A stretch of DNA of 64,000 nt from Octopus vulgaris (taxonomy: Eukaryota): the NCBI GenBank assembly GCA_951406725.2, contig OX597830.1, positions 5,580,001-5,644,000 of the forward strand, written 5' to 3'. Below, one piece after another: positions 40,058 to 52,901 of this stretch; position 1 is the stretch's first letter, and every line of letters starts with the position of its first letter. Below the pieces are notes generated by a model that saw only the letters and a program-made list of their open reading frames with translations, did no database searches and had not been told where the DNA came from. The position numbers were made by a program, and so were the translations under genes.

Positions 40058-40177
40058 GAAGAAGAAGAAGAAGAAGAAGAAGAAGAAGAAGAAGAAGAAG
40101 AAGAAGAAGAAGAAGAAGAAGAAGAAGAAGAAGAAGAAGAAGAAGAAGAAGAAGAAGAAGAAAAAGAAGAAGAAGAA
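40058..40177. repeat. (GAA)n microsatellite, about 40 units
   Basis: Read directly from the sequence. Confidence 0.97.
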
Positions 40178-40332
40178 GCGATGAAATATCTTTCAATATA
40201 CTAAACCTTCTGTATTACTTTACGTCATTTTTGCCTTTACCAGATCGTTATCATCACCATGTCATCGCCATCACCTTCGTCATCATCATCATCACCACCA
40301 CCACTACCACCACCACCATCATCTTCATTATA

Positions 40333-40395
<63 letters not shown>

Positions 40396-40398
<3 letters not shown>

Positions 40399-40606
40399 TA
40401 GTTTTATTTTTATAGCGTGCTTTCACTTCACTACCGAGCGCAGCTCTGTGTGCCTTTGGTATGTGTTGTGATTTGTTGTGATGCTCTTATGTTTACTGTA
40501 TTGAAAGTGTTCTGCGTAGGATGTTTGCAGTGCCTAGTAGTGCAATTTTCTGTATGCTATAAGTTTTCGTAAGTCTTGGTGTTTTTGTTATGTATTTGTC
40601 TGAATA
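40396..40606 (-). mobile_element. R4/Dong-like retrotransposon 3' end inserted in (TAA)n
   Basis: Minus-strand YSDKYITKTPRLTKTYSIQKIALLGTANILRRTLSIQ* plus 3' UTR; (TTA)n on both sides. Confidence 0.85.
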
Positions 40607-40627
40607 TTTATTATTATTATTATTATT

Positions 40628-40666
<39 letters not shown>

Positions 40667-40760
40667 ATTGTTAATATTATTATTGTTGTTATTGTTATTA
40701 TTATTATTATTATTATCATCATCATCATCTTTATTATTATTATTATCATCATCATCATCA

Positions 40761-40821
<61 letters not shown>

Positions 40822-41029
40822 CATTATCATCATCATTATTGCAGACGCTGGTGGGAAAGTAGCGATGTGGGATACTCTAAATATAGCCAACGTTTACTCC
40901 TCCTACTTTCTGGGTTGACGTCAACTCTGATAATCTAATATCGGATGCCAATTCCTGCCTTACCTCCAGTTATTTTTTCCTCGATATTTAGTAATGAATT
41001 TTATATATTTTATGTGATATGTTTGGAAA

Positions 41030-41330
41030 ATTATTATTATTGTTATTATTATCGTGTATATGTTAACCGAAAGGCGGTGGCAAGTCGCTCCCAATGTGGC
41101 TAATACCCAGTTTGGAGATTATACGGGAATATTTTTGAAGAATATATTTCGAAACTTGTAAGAATGGAGGGGAATCCAGAGTATTATAGGATTAGCGAGG
41201 TTGGAATTAGACGAATTGTTTAGTGCGCGTCTGCGAGGGAATATGGGGAGAGGGTGGATTACTGTAGTAAAGAGCGTACATAAGTACCCATTTCAGAGAG
41301 GTATATAGCTTACTGCTTCCGTAAAATCAT
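41030..41330 (-). mobile_element. possible decayed LINE (CR1/L2-like) 3' end
   Basis: Complex sequence ending in an AAT-type tail on the minus strand; only a weak resemblance to LINE C-terminal motifs. Confidence 0.3.
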
Positions 41331-41372
41331 ATAATTAACAACACTGACAATACAAATACACACACACACATG

Positions 41373-41600
41373 TACAGGGTGGCCTACAATTAGGTTTCCA
41401 GTTATTCAGCTATCTCTTTGGCATTCATATATTTATAGTTTAAATCTTAATTATAAAAATATATAAAACCTTTATTCTATGCTAATTTAGTTAATTTTGT
41501 CAAGTTCCCATTTCAATGTGTAAGACATAAATTTAAATGTAATATAATGTTTTAAAGTGTCTACATGATAACTATAAACATACGTTTGGGCTACACTGTA
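41373..41600. mobile_element. Tc1/mariner-type MITE (~228 bp)
   Basis: TIRs tacagggtggcctacaattaggtttccagttat and (reverse complement) tacagtgtagcccaaacgtatgtttatagttat; TA at both ends. Confidence 0.75.
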
Positions 41601-41874
41601 TATACAAGGGTCACGCAATGGAGTGGGAAAGATCCGGGCTACATATGTTTCATAGCGAGTGGGACCTCAGAAGTGGTAAATATCTAAGCGAGGTGTACAC
41701 CAGCGGCTACTCCTCAGCTCAAGAAGACCTTGATTAGATCAAAGGCTACGTTGTCACAAGAAGGTACACGTTGATGCAAGAAAGATTCAATCATTATATA
41801 TATATATTTCAGCTTCCAGCTCCCAAATTCACTCACAAGTTGTTCGTCGGCTCGAGGCTATGGTAGAAGACATA

Positions 41875-41938
<64 letters not shown>

Positions 41939-41939
41939 A

Positions 41940-42065
<126 letters not shown>

Positions 42066-43393
42066 GTTTGTATACATACGTATATATATATATATTAGTC
42101 ATAACATACAGTGTACATTTAAACACATAAGGAATCCGCTCGTGAGATTCAACATGGCGAAGGGCTGCGTCTGCGCAATAGATTTTGAAAAAAATTAAGA
42201 TGTATAAACAAGAGGCACATAGTTTGATGAAATGCCGCTAAGTATTTTGTTGGGTGAGGTAACGATTCTGTCATCTCACCGCCTTAGCAACACTAACAAC
42301 ATTACTTATCCTAAATACAGAGAAAAGCTTCATTAAAAATTATCTGAAGAAATACAACTTTAGCCTCATTCGCTAAAGTTATAATTCTTCCTTAATTCTG
42401 CAGCAATACGAAATACAAACAGCATCGAAATCAACTTAAGAGTCTCTAAGTGGCTGATCGATGTGACAGAAATAGTTGTCCGATCCCTATCAAATTACGT
42501 TTTAACGTTACAACGAGCGATGTATACACTGGGCATAGTATTTCACGAAATAACCAGCAAAGTGACGTTTACGGGTGAAAGACCTCCCATTTTCAAAGCT
42601 CTTCTAAGCCGCAGGTCGGAACAACTGAAAAAAGTTGAAGATCGTTTCAACTTCTTTAAGGCAATGTGATAAGGAAGCAAGATAACAGAATAATGGTAAC
42701 GGAAGGTTCCTTATAAATTGAAAAGAGAAGATTTCAATAGCTTTTATACATCTTAGGCACAAAGGCCTATCAACAGAGGTGAACGGAATAAAGAAACAGA
42801 ATCGTAAATGCATAGACTGACATTTTTAATCCGTTCTCTTCTAAAGATGTGCTTTTTTGTCTGAAATATGAAAGGGCTATTAAACCGTTCTCTCCTCGCC
42901 TTACAAGAAGCTCTCTGCTTTCATTACATTTTATTTTATGCATAAGAAGCAAGTTACGGGTATTTGTACATCTAAATTTTCAACTTGAATCCTACTAATG
43001 AGATTTTGAGCTTTTCAAAGAGAACTTATATAAGATATTTTGAAGGAACCAGTTAAATATAATAACCGAATTTCCCGAATACAATTTATTAAGCTTCTTC
43101 GAGAATTAGTAGAATTCTTAAAATCGATAATAAAGAATACAATTCCAATCACAAAAACTAAAAGATAGATAAAACTGGTATATATCAGTGAAAATATTTA
43201 CCAAGTTCTTAGAATTTTTTTTTATAATTACAAGAAGGAAATTGGAACAAATAATTTTTAGTCTCAGTTTGTAGAATTTAGTAACAGAGTAAATTAAAAA
43301 TCTTGATATCGATTTGAAGTGAAGAAGGCTTTCATTAAAGTCTTAACTTCTCTGATTTTATTCCAGTTCCTGATTAATCAGTTAAATGAAGAC

Positions 43394-43464
43394 GATTCAG
43401 AGATTACTGCTATGAAGGCTAATCAGAGATTACTGTTACGAAGACTAATCAGAGATTACTGTTC
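43394..43464. repeat. 26-bp tandem repeat, about 2.7 copies
   Basis: Unit aatcagagattactgctatgaaggct. Confidence 0.85.
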
Positions 43465-44537
43465 CATCTTAGAAATTGTAAATTACTAACACTTAAAGGT
43501 GGGCGTCAAACAACCTGATGAAAATTTCTAGCCATTACAGAAGCAGATCGGTTTTCCAGTTTTCGATAAACCTACCATTCTCACTTGTCCGACACACCGT
43601 TCGGACTTGGACGTATATCGGCATTTACTTGTAGGTTTTCTTTCGCTTTCTTTTTTAATGAAAATTATTTTGCTGTCACTCTGTCCCAATTTCAAAAACA
43701 ATTGCAGCGTGAAAGGTCTGTCAGGCTATTTAAAAACACACAAAAACCGTTTGATTCACTTCAAGATTTAAATCTAATTTAGTCAAAATATTCTGTGGAA
43801 TTTTGTCAGTGAACAGGTCGCGGTCTCAAAGCGACGAAAAATTTGACTAATTAAATTAGTCCTTTCACGCAGCAATTGTTTTTGTTTCAGCATACGATAG
43901 CAGATCAGGTCACTTGCTATGCAAGTACATCTCCGTAATGTCCCAATTTCATTATTCATATTAGAAACTTACACACATATTTCTCTAATATAGGATAAGA
44001 CCGTTCGTTCTTTATAATAAAAAAAAATGGTAACTGTGCTCTAACTCCTAACATAGCAATAAAGAAATGCCTTCACAAATGTATTAAAAGGATCTGAAAA
44101 GATAACGAAATGCACCAAAATATGCTTAAAAGAAAAAGAAATACATTATGTCAATAAAGGAATGAATCTTTCATCCCATTCATAATTACTATAATTGGAA
44201 TGAAATATAACCGCTTTAGACATGGACGAACTACCTATGAAAAGGGATATTCGCTCACTCGAGAAGTGAGTTTTGCTAGGATCTGTTGATATAAAATATT
44301 TATGTTACCCTTCAAAACGGTTGTGGGTAATTTCCAAGATGTACCCAGTACTCGTGTTTCGAGACGAAAATATCTCAAGTGATGAAGAGCAAATATGATG
44401 CTGTTAAATATCATTATTATTATTATATTTATCCTCCTCCTCCTCCTCCTCCTCCTCCTCCTCATCGTCATCATCATCATCATCACCATCATAATCATCA
44501 TCATCTTCTTCTTTTTCTTCTTCTTTTTCTTCTTTTT

Positions 44538-44568
<31 letters not shown>

Positions 44569-45081
44569 TTATTATTATTATTATTATTGCAGATATGTAC
44601 TAATATTGAATTTCCTTTTGCCTCAGATTCATTTTTACCTCTTTTATTCATTTTCAGCTTCTCCCCTACCCCTACACAGGCCGCCTTCACCAACACCTCC
44701 CTCGCCGCCTCCGCCGCCGCTCTCCTACAAGCTATCACAATATCGTTATTACTTCTATTATTACTATTGTTATCAAAGTAAACCTCTTTATTCAGGTGAC
44801 GTTAAGAATAACTTATCTATCTTCTGCATGGATAAACATAAATGGAATAAAAACTCAATGAGACATTCTAATATTCCCAGGGCTGGCTCCTTTTACAACA
44901 AAATACTTACGTGTCTATCTCTCTCTCTCTCACTCTCTCTCTCCTCTTCTCTATTGCTCTCTCTATATAGAAATATATTTATGCATACATATAAATATGT
45001 ATATGAATATATATATACGCGTATGTGTATGTGTACATATATCTTTATGCATGTGTATGTGCGTGTGAATATACATACATG

Positions 45082-45154
<73 letters not shown>

Positions 45155-45261
45155 GTATATATATATTCTGCATATGTAAAAGCATGTATATATGTTTGTG
45201 CCTGCATGTGAATGCGTGCGTATATATACATACATGTTTATGTATAATATACACACATGTG

Positions 45262-45306
<45 letters not shown>

Positions 45307-46379
45307 CATACATACATACATATATAAGGTGTGTGCGCGTGTGTTTGAATACACGTACAGACACATATATCTCGGATAGTATACATGAATAAACGTACAA
45401 ACATATAGGTCGACTTATAGAGATACATATTTCGCCTATCCACACACACTCAGACACACACACACACACCTCTACTTATATAAGTTCCAATCAAGAGAAG
45501 CGTATATAACTCTGAAGATGCAGTAAAAAAATGTTCATAAAGTAGAATAATCTAGAAGTGTGTGACGAAGAATAGAAATCTGACGTTGTACATGATTCCG
45601 TCTGTATTTCTTCGCAGTTTGCTGCAACTCACATAAGATTAGACGAAGACGTAACCAGCCGTTGCAGCACTCTGCCAAGTTCGCCACAAATTCATAAATT
45701 CATATAATCGCTATTAAAAGTGTTTGTAAGACTACCTCAGCAAAACACCCATGAGGTATATGAGGAGATGTGAATGTACTCAAGAAATGTTTGGATATAT
45801 TTAAAACAGTTTTTATCTGATATGCAAGACAAACCCACATGGTGAAACGAAAAGCCAAGACTGAGTTGGCCGCACGGTCCAACTCCCTACTTTGCCCGGA
45901 TCAATTCCGGAGATAGGGACGAGTATTATTGAGTTTAAAACAAACAAGCATTAACACTAATGGTGGTGCTCCAGTATGGCCACAACCGCCGGCTAAAGCC
46001 AATAAGGTAATATGCGCAAGGCTAGAAACGGTGTTCATCGATTACAATGATTCCAGTATTTGGTTTATACAATAATTTATTGATCGTGGAAAGTTAATAA
46101 TTGCGGGATAAGAAATTAGAAACTAAAGACTTGAAACAAATAGCAAGGCTGTATTTTGTCCCATTATTTTTACGTGTCTGGCATTCTCTTAGCATATATG
46201 ATGTTACATCTAAAATAAGAGTACGAACGCCAACAGAAGTTTTGCTGAAACTCATCACTAAATCCACAGTGAAACCCAAATCAGTCATCGCCTTAGAAGT
46301 AAGGAGTTCTTTTTAATTTCAACTTATTTTCTTGTATGATAGTAAATTAAGTTTCCAGGCTATTACTGAATTTAATCTA

Positions 46380-46590
46380 AGGACTCATAGGAATGGTTTC
46401 CATGGTGTATATATAATCGAATGGGACGTCAGTCCTTCACACGTGAACTCATGTATAACTGAGTGACCAGGTGCAATGTGAAATGAGGTGCGTTGCTGAG
46501 GAACGCAACACACCTCTCGCTCCAGGAATCGAAACCTCACTCTTATGATCGCTAATGCAGCATCCGAACCACTTCACCACATGTCATCCC
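46380..46590 (-). mobile_element. diverged tRNA-derived SINE (family F)
   Basis: Minus-strand tggtgaagtggtt (A-box-like)...ggtttcgattcc (B box)...cagcaacgcacctcatttcacattgc. Confidence 0.6.
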
Positions 46591-47227
46591 CTTATATCAT
46601 AACGAAGCACGAATTACAAAATGTGTTGCGGTATTTAGCAACTTCCCGACACGTCCTGACTTCAAATCGAACTGAAGCTGAGGTTTCTTTCCATTACTCA
46701 ACACCGGTTACTAAAATAGGTACCAGGGTATACAGGGGTTGACCTATTCGAATATACACCTCTTCATCAATATCTGTGCCTTGTCTTTATACTAGAAATC
46801 GTAACTTTATCTGATGCATAAAAGCGGTACAGAAATATTAGATGCACCCTAATTCAGCAACGCAGATTCAGAAATTAATGGTTTAGGAAAGACCCAAAAT
46901 GGCAAATAGCATACAAGAGAACTTTCTGACACACCTTGCTTCATAAATGTGCGCTTTATGTCTCCACTAATACGATAATTATTTTACACTGTCTCAACTT
47001 ACTCCGATTGGTTTTTGCGATTTCTAGGCTGATGAGACCAAGGTGTTGGTGCATTTGACACTTAAGTATTTGTCATGTTTGAGGACAACATTAATAACCC
47101 GGGTCTCGAGGAACTCAATTTTCACTTCATGGAGCTCAGCAACGGAGGGCAAATTTGAACTCAGAACACAAAGTATCGAAGTAAATACAAAGCAATATGA
47201 CAAACGCCCCAACAAACTAACATGGTT

Positions 47228-47306
<79 letters not shown>

Positions 47307-48456
47307 CATACACACACATACACTCATATCCACGAAGATTAATGTTAATTATTGATAAGCTGTCAGTTAATAATAAAATGTAGGACTGTTCTGTTCTGAG
47401 ACTTGAAATCTGATATCGTTATCTGTAACCAATTAACAAAGACAGAATGGAGTCAAAAAGTACTTAATTTCTTCATTGCTACGATCAGTAAATAATGCTC
47501 TTCTTTTACTTCTAGCATTTCAATTGATAATGTGACTCATGAAACACAATTGTAATTTTAACTCATGCCACAAAACCGTCCGATGTCAATTATAAATTTT
47601 AAAAGTTATTTATGTTCGTAGTACGGTCTCTGAATATTTGATAATAACATCTGTTTATAAATTTCTTTTCTTTTGTTGTTGTTACTATTACTGAAACACG
47701 CAACAGTTGAGGCTGCTAAATATTGTAACAAATGCTCTATTTTGTAATCCCCCACACACACTCACATAAAAATGTATATACATATATACACCATACATAC
47801 AAGTGCACACATACGCACGAACACACACACACACACACATAAAAATATATATATATACATAAACACATACTCACAACCGTATTCATACGCCCGCGCACGC
47901 ACACAAACACGTACAAACACGTACACACACATTGGTAATTTGCAACCTTTGAGTTAAGGCACAAGCCCTCTGCCAACATCTGGTGTGTAAAGTATTTTAA
48001 GTGCTGAGAGGTTTTGAACTCGGGGCGGCAGGACTCACCGTGCACACTAAACTAATAATTCTACGCTCTAACGTGCCTGCCATGTTTTACTGTTGAAGTA
48101 TACTTTATAACAATATTGGTTTATATATATATATATATATAAACTAAGGCAGATCACAGTTTTATAAAGGATAAAGATATAATATTTCTCGAGAAAACGC
48201 TTTTAAGTTACTGATTCTTTCATTTGTAGCAAAGTAGAGCGAGCCATCACTTGCGAGCGAATACATCTTGACCCTATGTCACGCGCTTTCGCTAATTGCA
48301 TTTGGTTCCCGTTTAGTCGCAAACACCTAATTCCCAAATTGAATTCAACACCTTTGGATCATGTTCCAAGAGCCTTAGCAATTAGGACAACCACATTTAA
48401 AGGCAAAGTAAAATCATAGATTTTACTTTGTCTTCGAGCTAATTGATTTAATGATT

Positions 48457-48640
48457 GGTGGCAAAATGGCAGAGTTGTTACCATATCGGACAAAATGCTT
48501 GTTAACGCTTCTTTCGGCTTTATGTCCTGATTTCAAACACCGCTGAGGTCGACTTTTGCCTTAGATCCTTTCCGGTTCTATAAAATAAAGTAGCAGTTGA
48601 GCACTGCGATCGATGTAATCGACTTAACCGTTCCGCCGAC
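48457..48640 (+). mobile_element. SINE family A, diverged
   Basis: tggcagagttgtta...aaaatgctt...gaggtcgacttttgccttagatcctttc. Confidence 0.7.
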
Positions 48641-48679
48641 ATTTAGTCGCAAATCATAGTTACGTTTTCTCCCTCATTT

Positions 48680-51150
48680 ACAGCCTCAATGTGGGGCTTG
48701 TACCATTTGTCAACGGTTTGATTTAATAATGCCAACACATTATCCAATGTAGATATTGGCCAAATCTGTCATGTCTTGATTTGTACTCTACAGATGCTAA
48801 AACCTTACACCCAGAGATTAGGTGGTCCACTATTTCAATCCCATCATTACAGTATCAGCACTTTGGAACTACACCATTTGTCATCAGAGTTGGCTTGATA
48901 GTTCCGGATCAATAAGCTCTGATTTTGGGCAGCCAAGATAAAAATAATATTGAAACTGTAAGTCACGACTGGTATAGCTAAAGCATTGATCGCTTCGATC
49001 CTGTTTCTCGCATTCAGCTCTGTCTTGAGTATTGCACTTACCTTGCGATAACATTCTCCTCCGATCCTTTTCCTCATTACTGAATGTTTGAGTCCATCAT
49101 CTTCAAATATCTCTAGATATATTTAGGTCTCCGCTGGTTCTAACTCCTTTATGACATTCTGCTGGTGAAGATTAAGGTTGGATATTTCTAGCATTTTCCT
49201 TTGATAAAGGTAGCTTTTGCACATTTATCGAGGCCAAATTACATCCAGATCTCATCACTGAATTGTTTAACAATCGCTAGTAAGCCCTGCAGTTGTTGGC
49301 CATTTTTTGCAAGAAGCTTTCAATCATCCACGTAAAAGAGATGATTTATATTTTTGTCAAATATTTCATAGTCGTATTGTACATCATCGAGCAATTTCGA
49401 GAGAGGTATTAAGGTTAGACAAAAGAGGAGTGGTGATAGAGTGTCACCTTGGAAAATTTCACGTAAAACGCTTACATCTCCAGCATTGAGCTCCATAATC
49501 TCTTATTTACAGACAATAAGTTTCGCAGAGTAGGTGCTATTTTATACATTTCCAGACATTTCTTAATCCAGCGATGTAGTAGACTATCAAAATATTTTTT
49601 TATACTCTACCCAGGCTATGGACAAGTTGTGTTGTTTGTGACAATCTTCCAAGATTATCTTATTGATGAGTAGCTGATCTTTACAACCAGATGGCCCAGG
49701 TTTACATCCTTTCTGATCATTAGGGAATATGCCACTTTCTATTAAAAAACTATAGGTATATTCATTCAAGACAGATGTTAGTATTTTATACATTGTTGTT
49801 AAGCAGGTTATGGGTCTATAATTTTTGGTTCATTTGTTTCTTCATGTTTTTGAATTAAGAATGTAACAACATTAACTTCCCAAAGGGGAATCATGCTAAG
49901 TTGTTGCAAAACATTGTTGTAAAGTTCATTAATCTCTTAGGAGGCATTCCACCAGAAGTTAAGAATTTTATCCTTTTCTGGAGACTTCCATTTGCTTTAC
50001 TTCCTGAGAGCAGATATTACATCCTCTCCCACATTTGCTCTTCTAAGGAGTCTAAGTCAGTAGATATTCTATTAATCCGAGGGGCATTTTATTGTGTTTT
50101 CCTTCTCAAATTTTATTCCAAAATCGCTGCTCATCTTCTTTTGATGGGACAGACTTTTCTGTAACTAGTAATTTCTCTATCTTCCTGTAAAAAGTTTTGC
50201 GTTATTTTTTAACATGTTGTCGTCCTTGAAGAATCTAACGCGCTTTTCATATCATGTTACGCAGGCAGCTTTAGCACATACCTTTTACTTGATAGATTCT
50301 ATGGTGGTATCGATGTCAAGCATATATTTTTTATGATTTTCGGATTTTTATTGGTTTGATAGTCTTGTCAAACTTAAGGTTTTTTAAACATTCTATGTCA
50401 GACCTAAGTAGCTGAATTTGGTATTGAATACGCTCTTGCCAAGTAGGCTTTTTGTGGGAATGTTGTCGCTTTCTAATCTTTTCACAACATAGAATCGTTG
50501 AGATCTTTGCGGATGCATAGTACAGGTGGTTGAGATCTGTAATATCAACATCATTAACTGAAATCCCTAAGTGCAAGGCGCATTTTACCAATTATTTTCA
50601 AGTTTCGGTTAGAGTTGCGAATTTTTGGGAGAGTGTCACGTTTATTCATACTAATTTCTTTAATTTTCAGTCATTCAATCATTGTTTATATCATGTAGTT
50701 CAGTTGGGTCAATTTTTGTGTGACTTTCTTCATCTATTTGATTTTCATCTGCCTTAATGCTTATGATTGGTTCAGAGAGTATTTCACTTTGCTTATCAGT
50801 TACATTAACTCTTTCATTGCATTTTCGTCAGCCCTGGGCTGGTCTATATTTTTTTCTTCTGTACTATCTTCATTAGCCGCAACTTCGTTCCATTTATCTC
50901 GTACTGATTGTTCACACCCAGTCTAGTTCCTAACTGGGATACGCGATTTGCATTTTGCTTTGTCATCACTGAGGCATGACGAGCTTGGACGTTGACATTA
51001 GGGGACGGATGTGTCTGTTTAGAATTAATTTTTTGAGACAACACCGCCTCCGAGTTTTCTGAAGGAAAACATTGCTCGTAACGTAGCTTCTTAAGGCTTA
51101 ACAGATCTATATTCGTCTGTATTTTCTGTATGTTCATAGATTTATCTCCG
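48680..51150 (-). mobile_element. R4/Dong-like non-LTR retrotransposon, decayed RT-containing fragment
   Basis: Minus-strand PTWQERIQYQIQLLRSDI; YKILTSVL...QKGCKPGPSGCKDQLLINK; IFQGDTLSPLLFCL; INHLFYVDD; FGLDKCAK; ILKTELNARNRIEAINALAIPVVTYSF; LAAQNQSL. Many stops, frameshifts and deletions; 5' boundary uncertain. Confidence 0.9.
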
Positions 51151-51689
51151 TTCATAGTTTTTTTGTGATGTTTCTAAGCATATGAATTGTTCACTCTCTG
51201 TGTTAGCTCATAAAATAGAAAAATAAAAAATGTTTTATTTTTTTTGTTTCGTTTATGACACGTGCTTTCAAAAGCGTGTATGTTGTGTCCTGTAAATTTC
51301 ACGTAGTTGTGTAAGCATTGGGATGTATGTGTAGTCCTATGGGTATTAAAATGTATATATGATTGTGTAGACATTCGAATGTATGCGTAATAAATCAATT
51401 TACGTACTTACTGTTTTGTTCCACCTTATATTTTATAATTTGTAAACTTTCTAATTTTGATTTCGCATGTGCCTTTCACACACGTTGAACAGAGACATCG
51501 TGCATGGGAGAAACTGTATTTTGTATGGCAGTAAAATTTTGTTTATGTTATTATTTTCTTTAAAAGGCCGATTCATTGAAGTCTTCCATAGGTTCCTTTA
51601 TCGCAATCCGCCAATGTTATTACATTAAATTTGTTTTTGAATGGAGGGTTCGTTGTAGCGCATCCATGTTGTTATTCATGGTGGAGCTG

Positions 51690-51744
<55 letters not shown>

Positions 51745-51891
51745 GTCGTCGTCGTCGTCGTCGTCGTCGTAGTAGTAGTAGTAGTAGTAGTGGTAGTAGT
51801 AGTAGTAGTAGTAGAAGTTCAGAACAGGGAGGTGATGCAACTGACATACCCATGCCCCGAAATCGCTGGCCTTGGGCCAAAATATTATTTT

Positions 51892-52360
51892 GGCGGTGAT
51901 CTGGCAGATTCGTCAGCACGCCGGAAAGAATGCTTCGCGATATTTCGTCCATGTTTACGTTCTGAGTTCAAATACCGCAGAGGTCTGTTTCGCCTTTCAT
52001 CCTTTCAGACTCGATAAAACAAATTGCAGTCGAGCGCTGGGAGTTAATGTCATCGACTACCCCCCCTCCTCCAAAATTGCTGGCCTTGTGCATATAGATA
52101 AGAGGATTATTATTACAATTGTTATTTTTTTCATATATAAGGCGCCGAGCTGACAGAATCGTTAGCACGCTGGGTGAAATGCTTAGCGACATTTCGTCTA
52201 CCGCTACGTTCCGTGTTCAAATTCCGTCAAGATCGACTTTGATTTTCATCCTTTCACGGTCGATAAATTAAGTACCGATGAAACACTGAGTTGATGTCAT
52301 TAACTAGTCCCCTCCCCCGCCCACAATTTTACAGGCCTTGTGTTTATAGAAGAAAGGAAT
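51892..52360 (+). mobile_element. two tandem SINE family A copies (51892-52110, 52139-52360)
   Basis: Heads ggcggtgatctggcaga and aaggcgccgagctgacaga; cores intact. Extra tail fragments at about 51850 and 52385. Confidence 0.88.
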
Positions 52361-52865
52361 ACTTTCATAATTACTTATGATTAGCCCCTGCAGCGAAATT
52401 CAGGCGTTGTGCCTATAATAGAAATGATTATCCTTAGAATCTGCAGAATCATCAGCAGCAGCAGCAGTGGTTGTTGTAGAAGTAGTAGTAGTTGTAGTAT
52501 CGGCATTGTTATAGTTTATTTTTTTTTCGTTGTCTTTATTTTTGTTTTCATTTCTATCGTTACCCATTTTTCTTTCTGTTTATCTGGAGACGATAAAAAC
52601 TGTCTTCTGGTCTCCGCCACTCAACAAACTGTTTAATAGATTTCTATCGATAATCACAAAATAATCAATAAGGAAAAGGTGTAAGTATGGGTGGACGTAT
52701 GTAGTTACGTAACTCTGCAAGTAGGTATGCGTGTGTATATTTGTATATGCATGTGTGTAGTATGTATGCATATATGTATCTGTGTAAGTATGTATGTATC
52801 TATCTGATTGTCTATCCTTCAATCTGTCTATAAGCATATATATGTACGTACATTTATACAAATAT

Positions 52866-52901
<36 letters not shown>

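Noticed and set aside
47025-47115. Hammerhead at ggCTGATGAgacc...ggtctcgagg
   Set aside because: No GAAA after the putative stem II, and no stem I or III.
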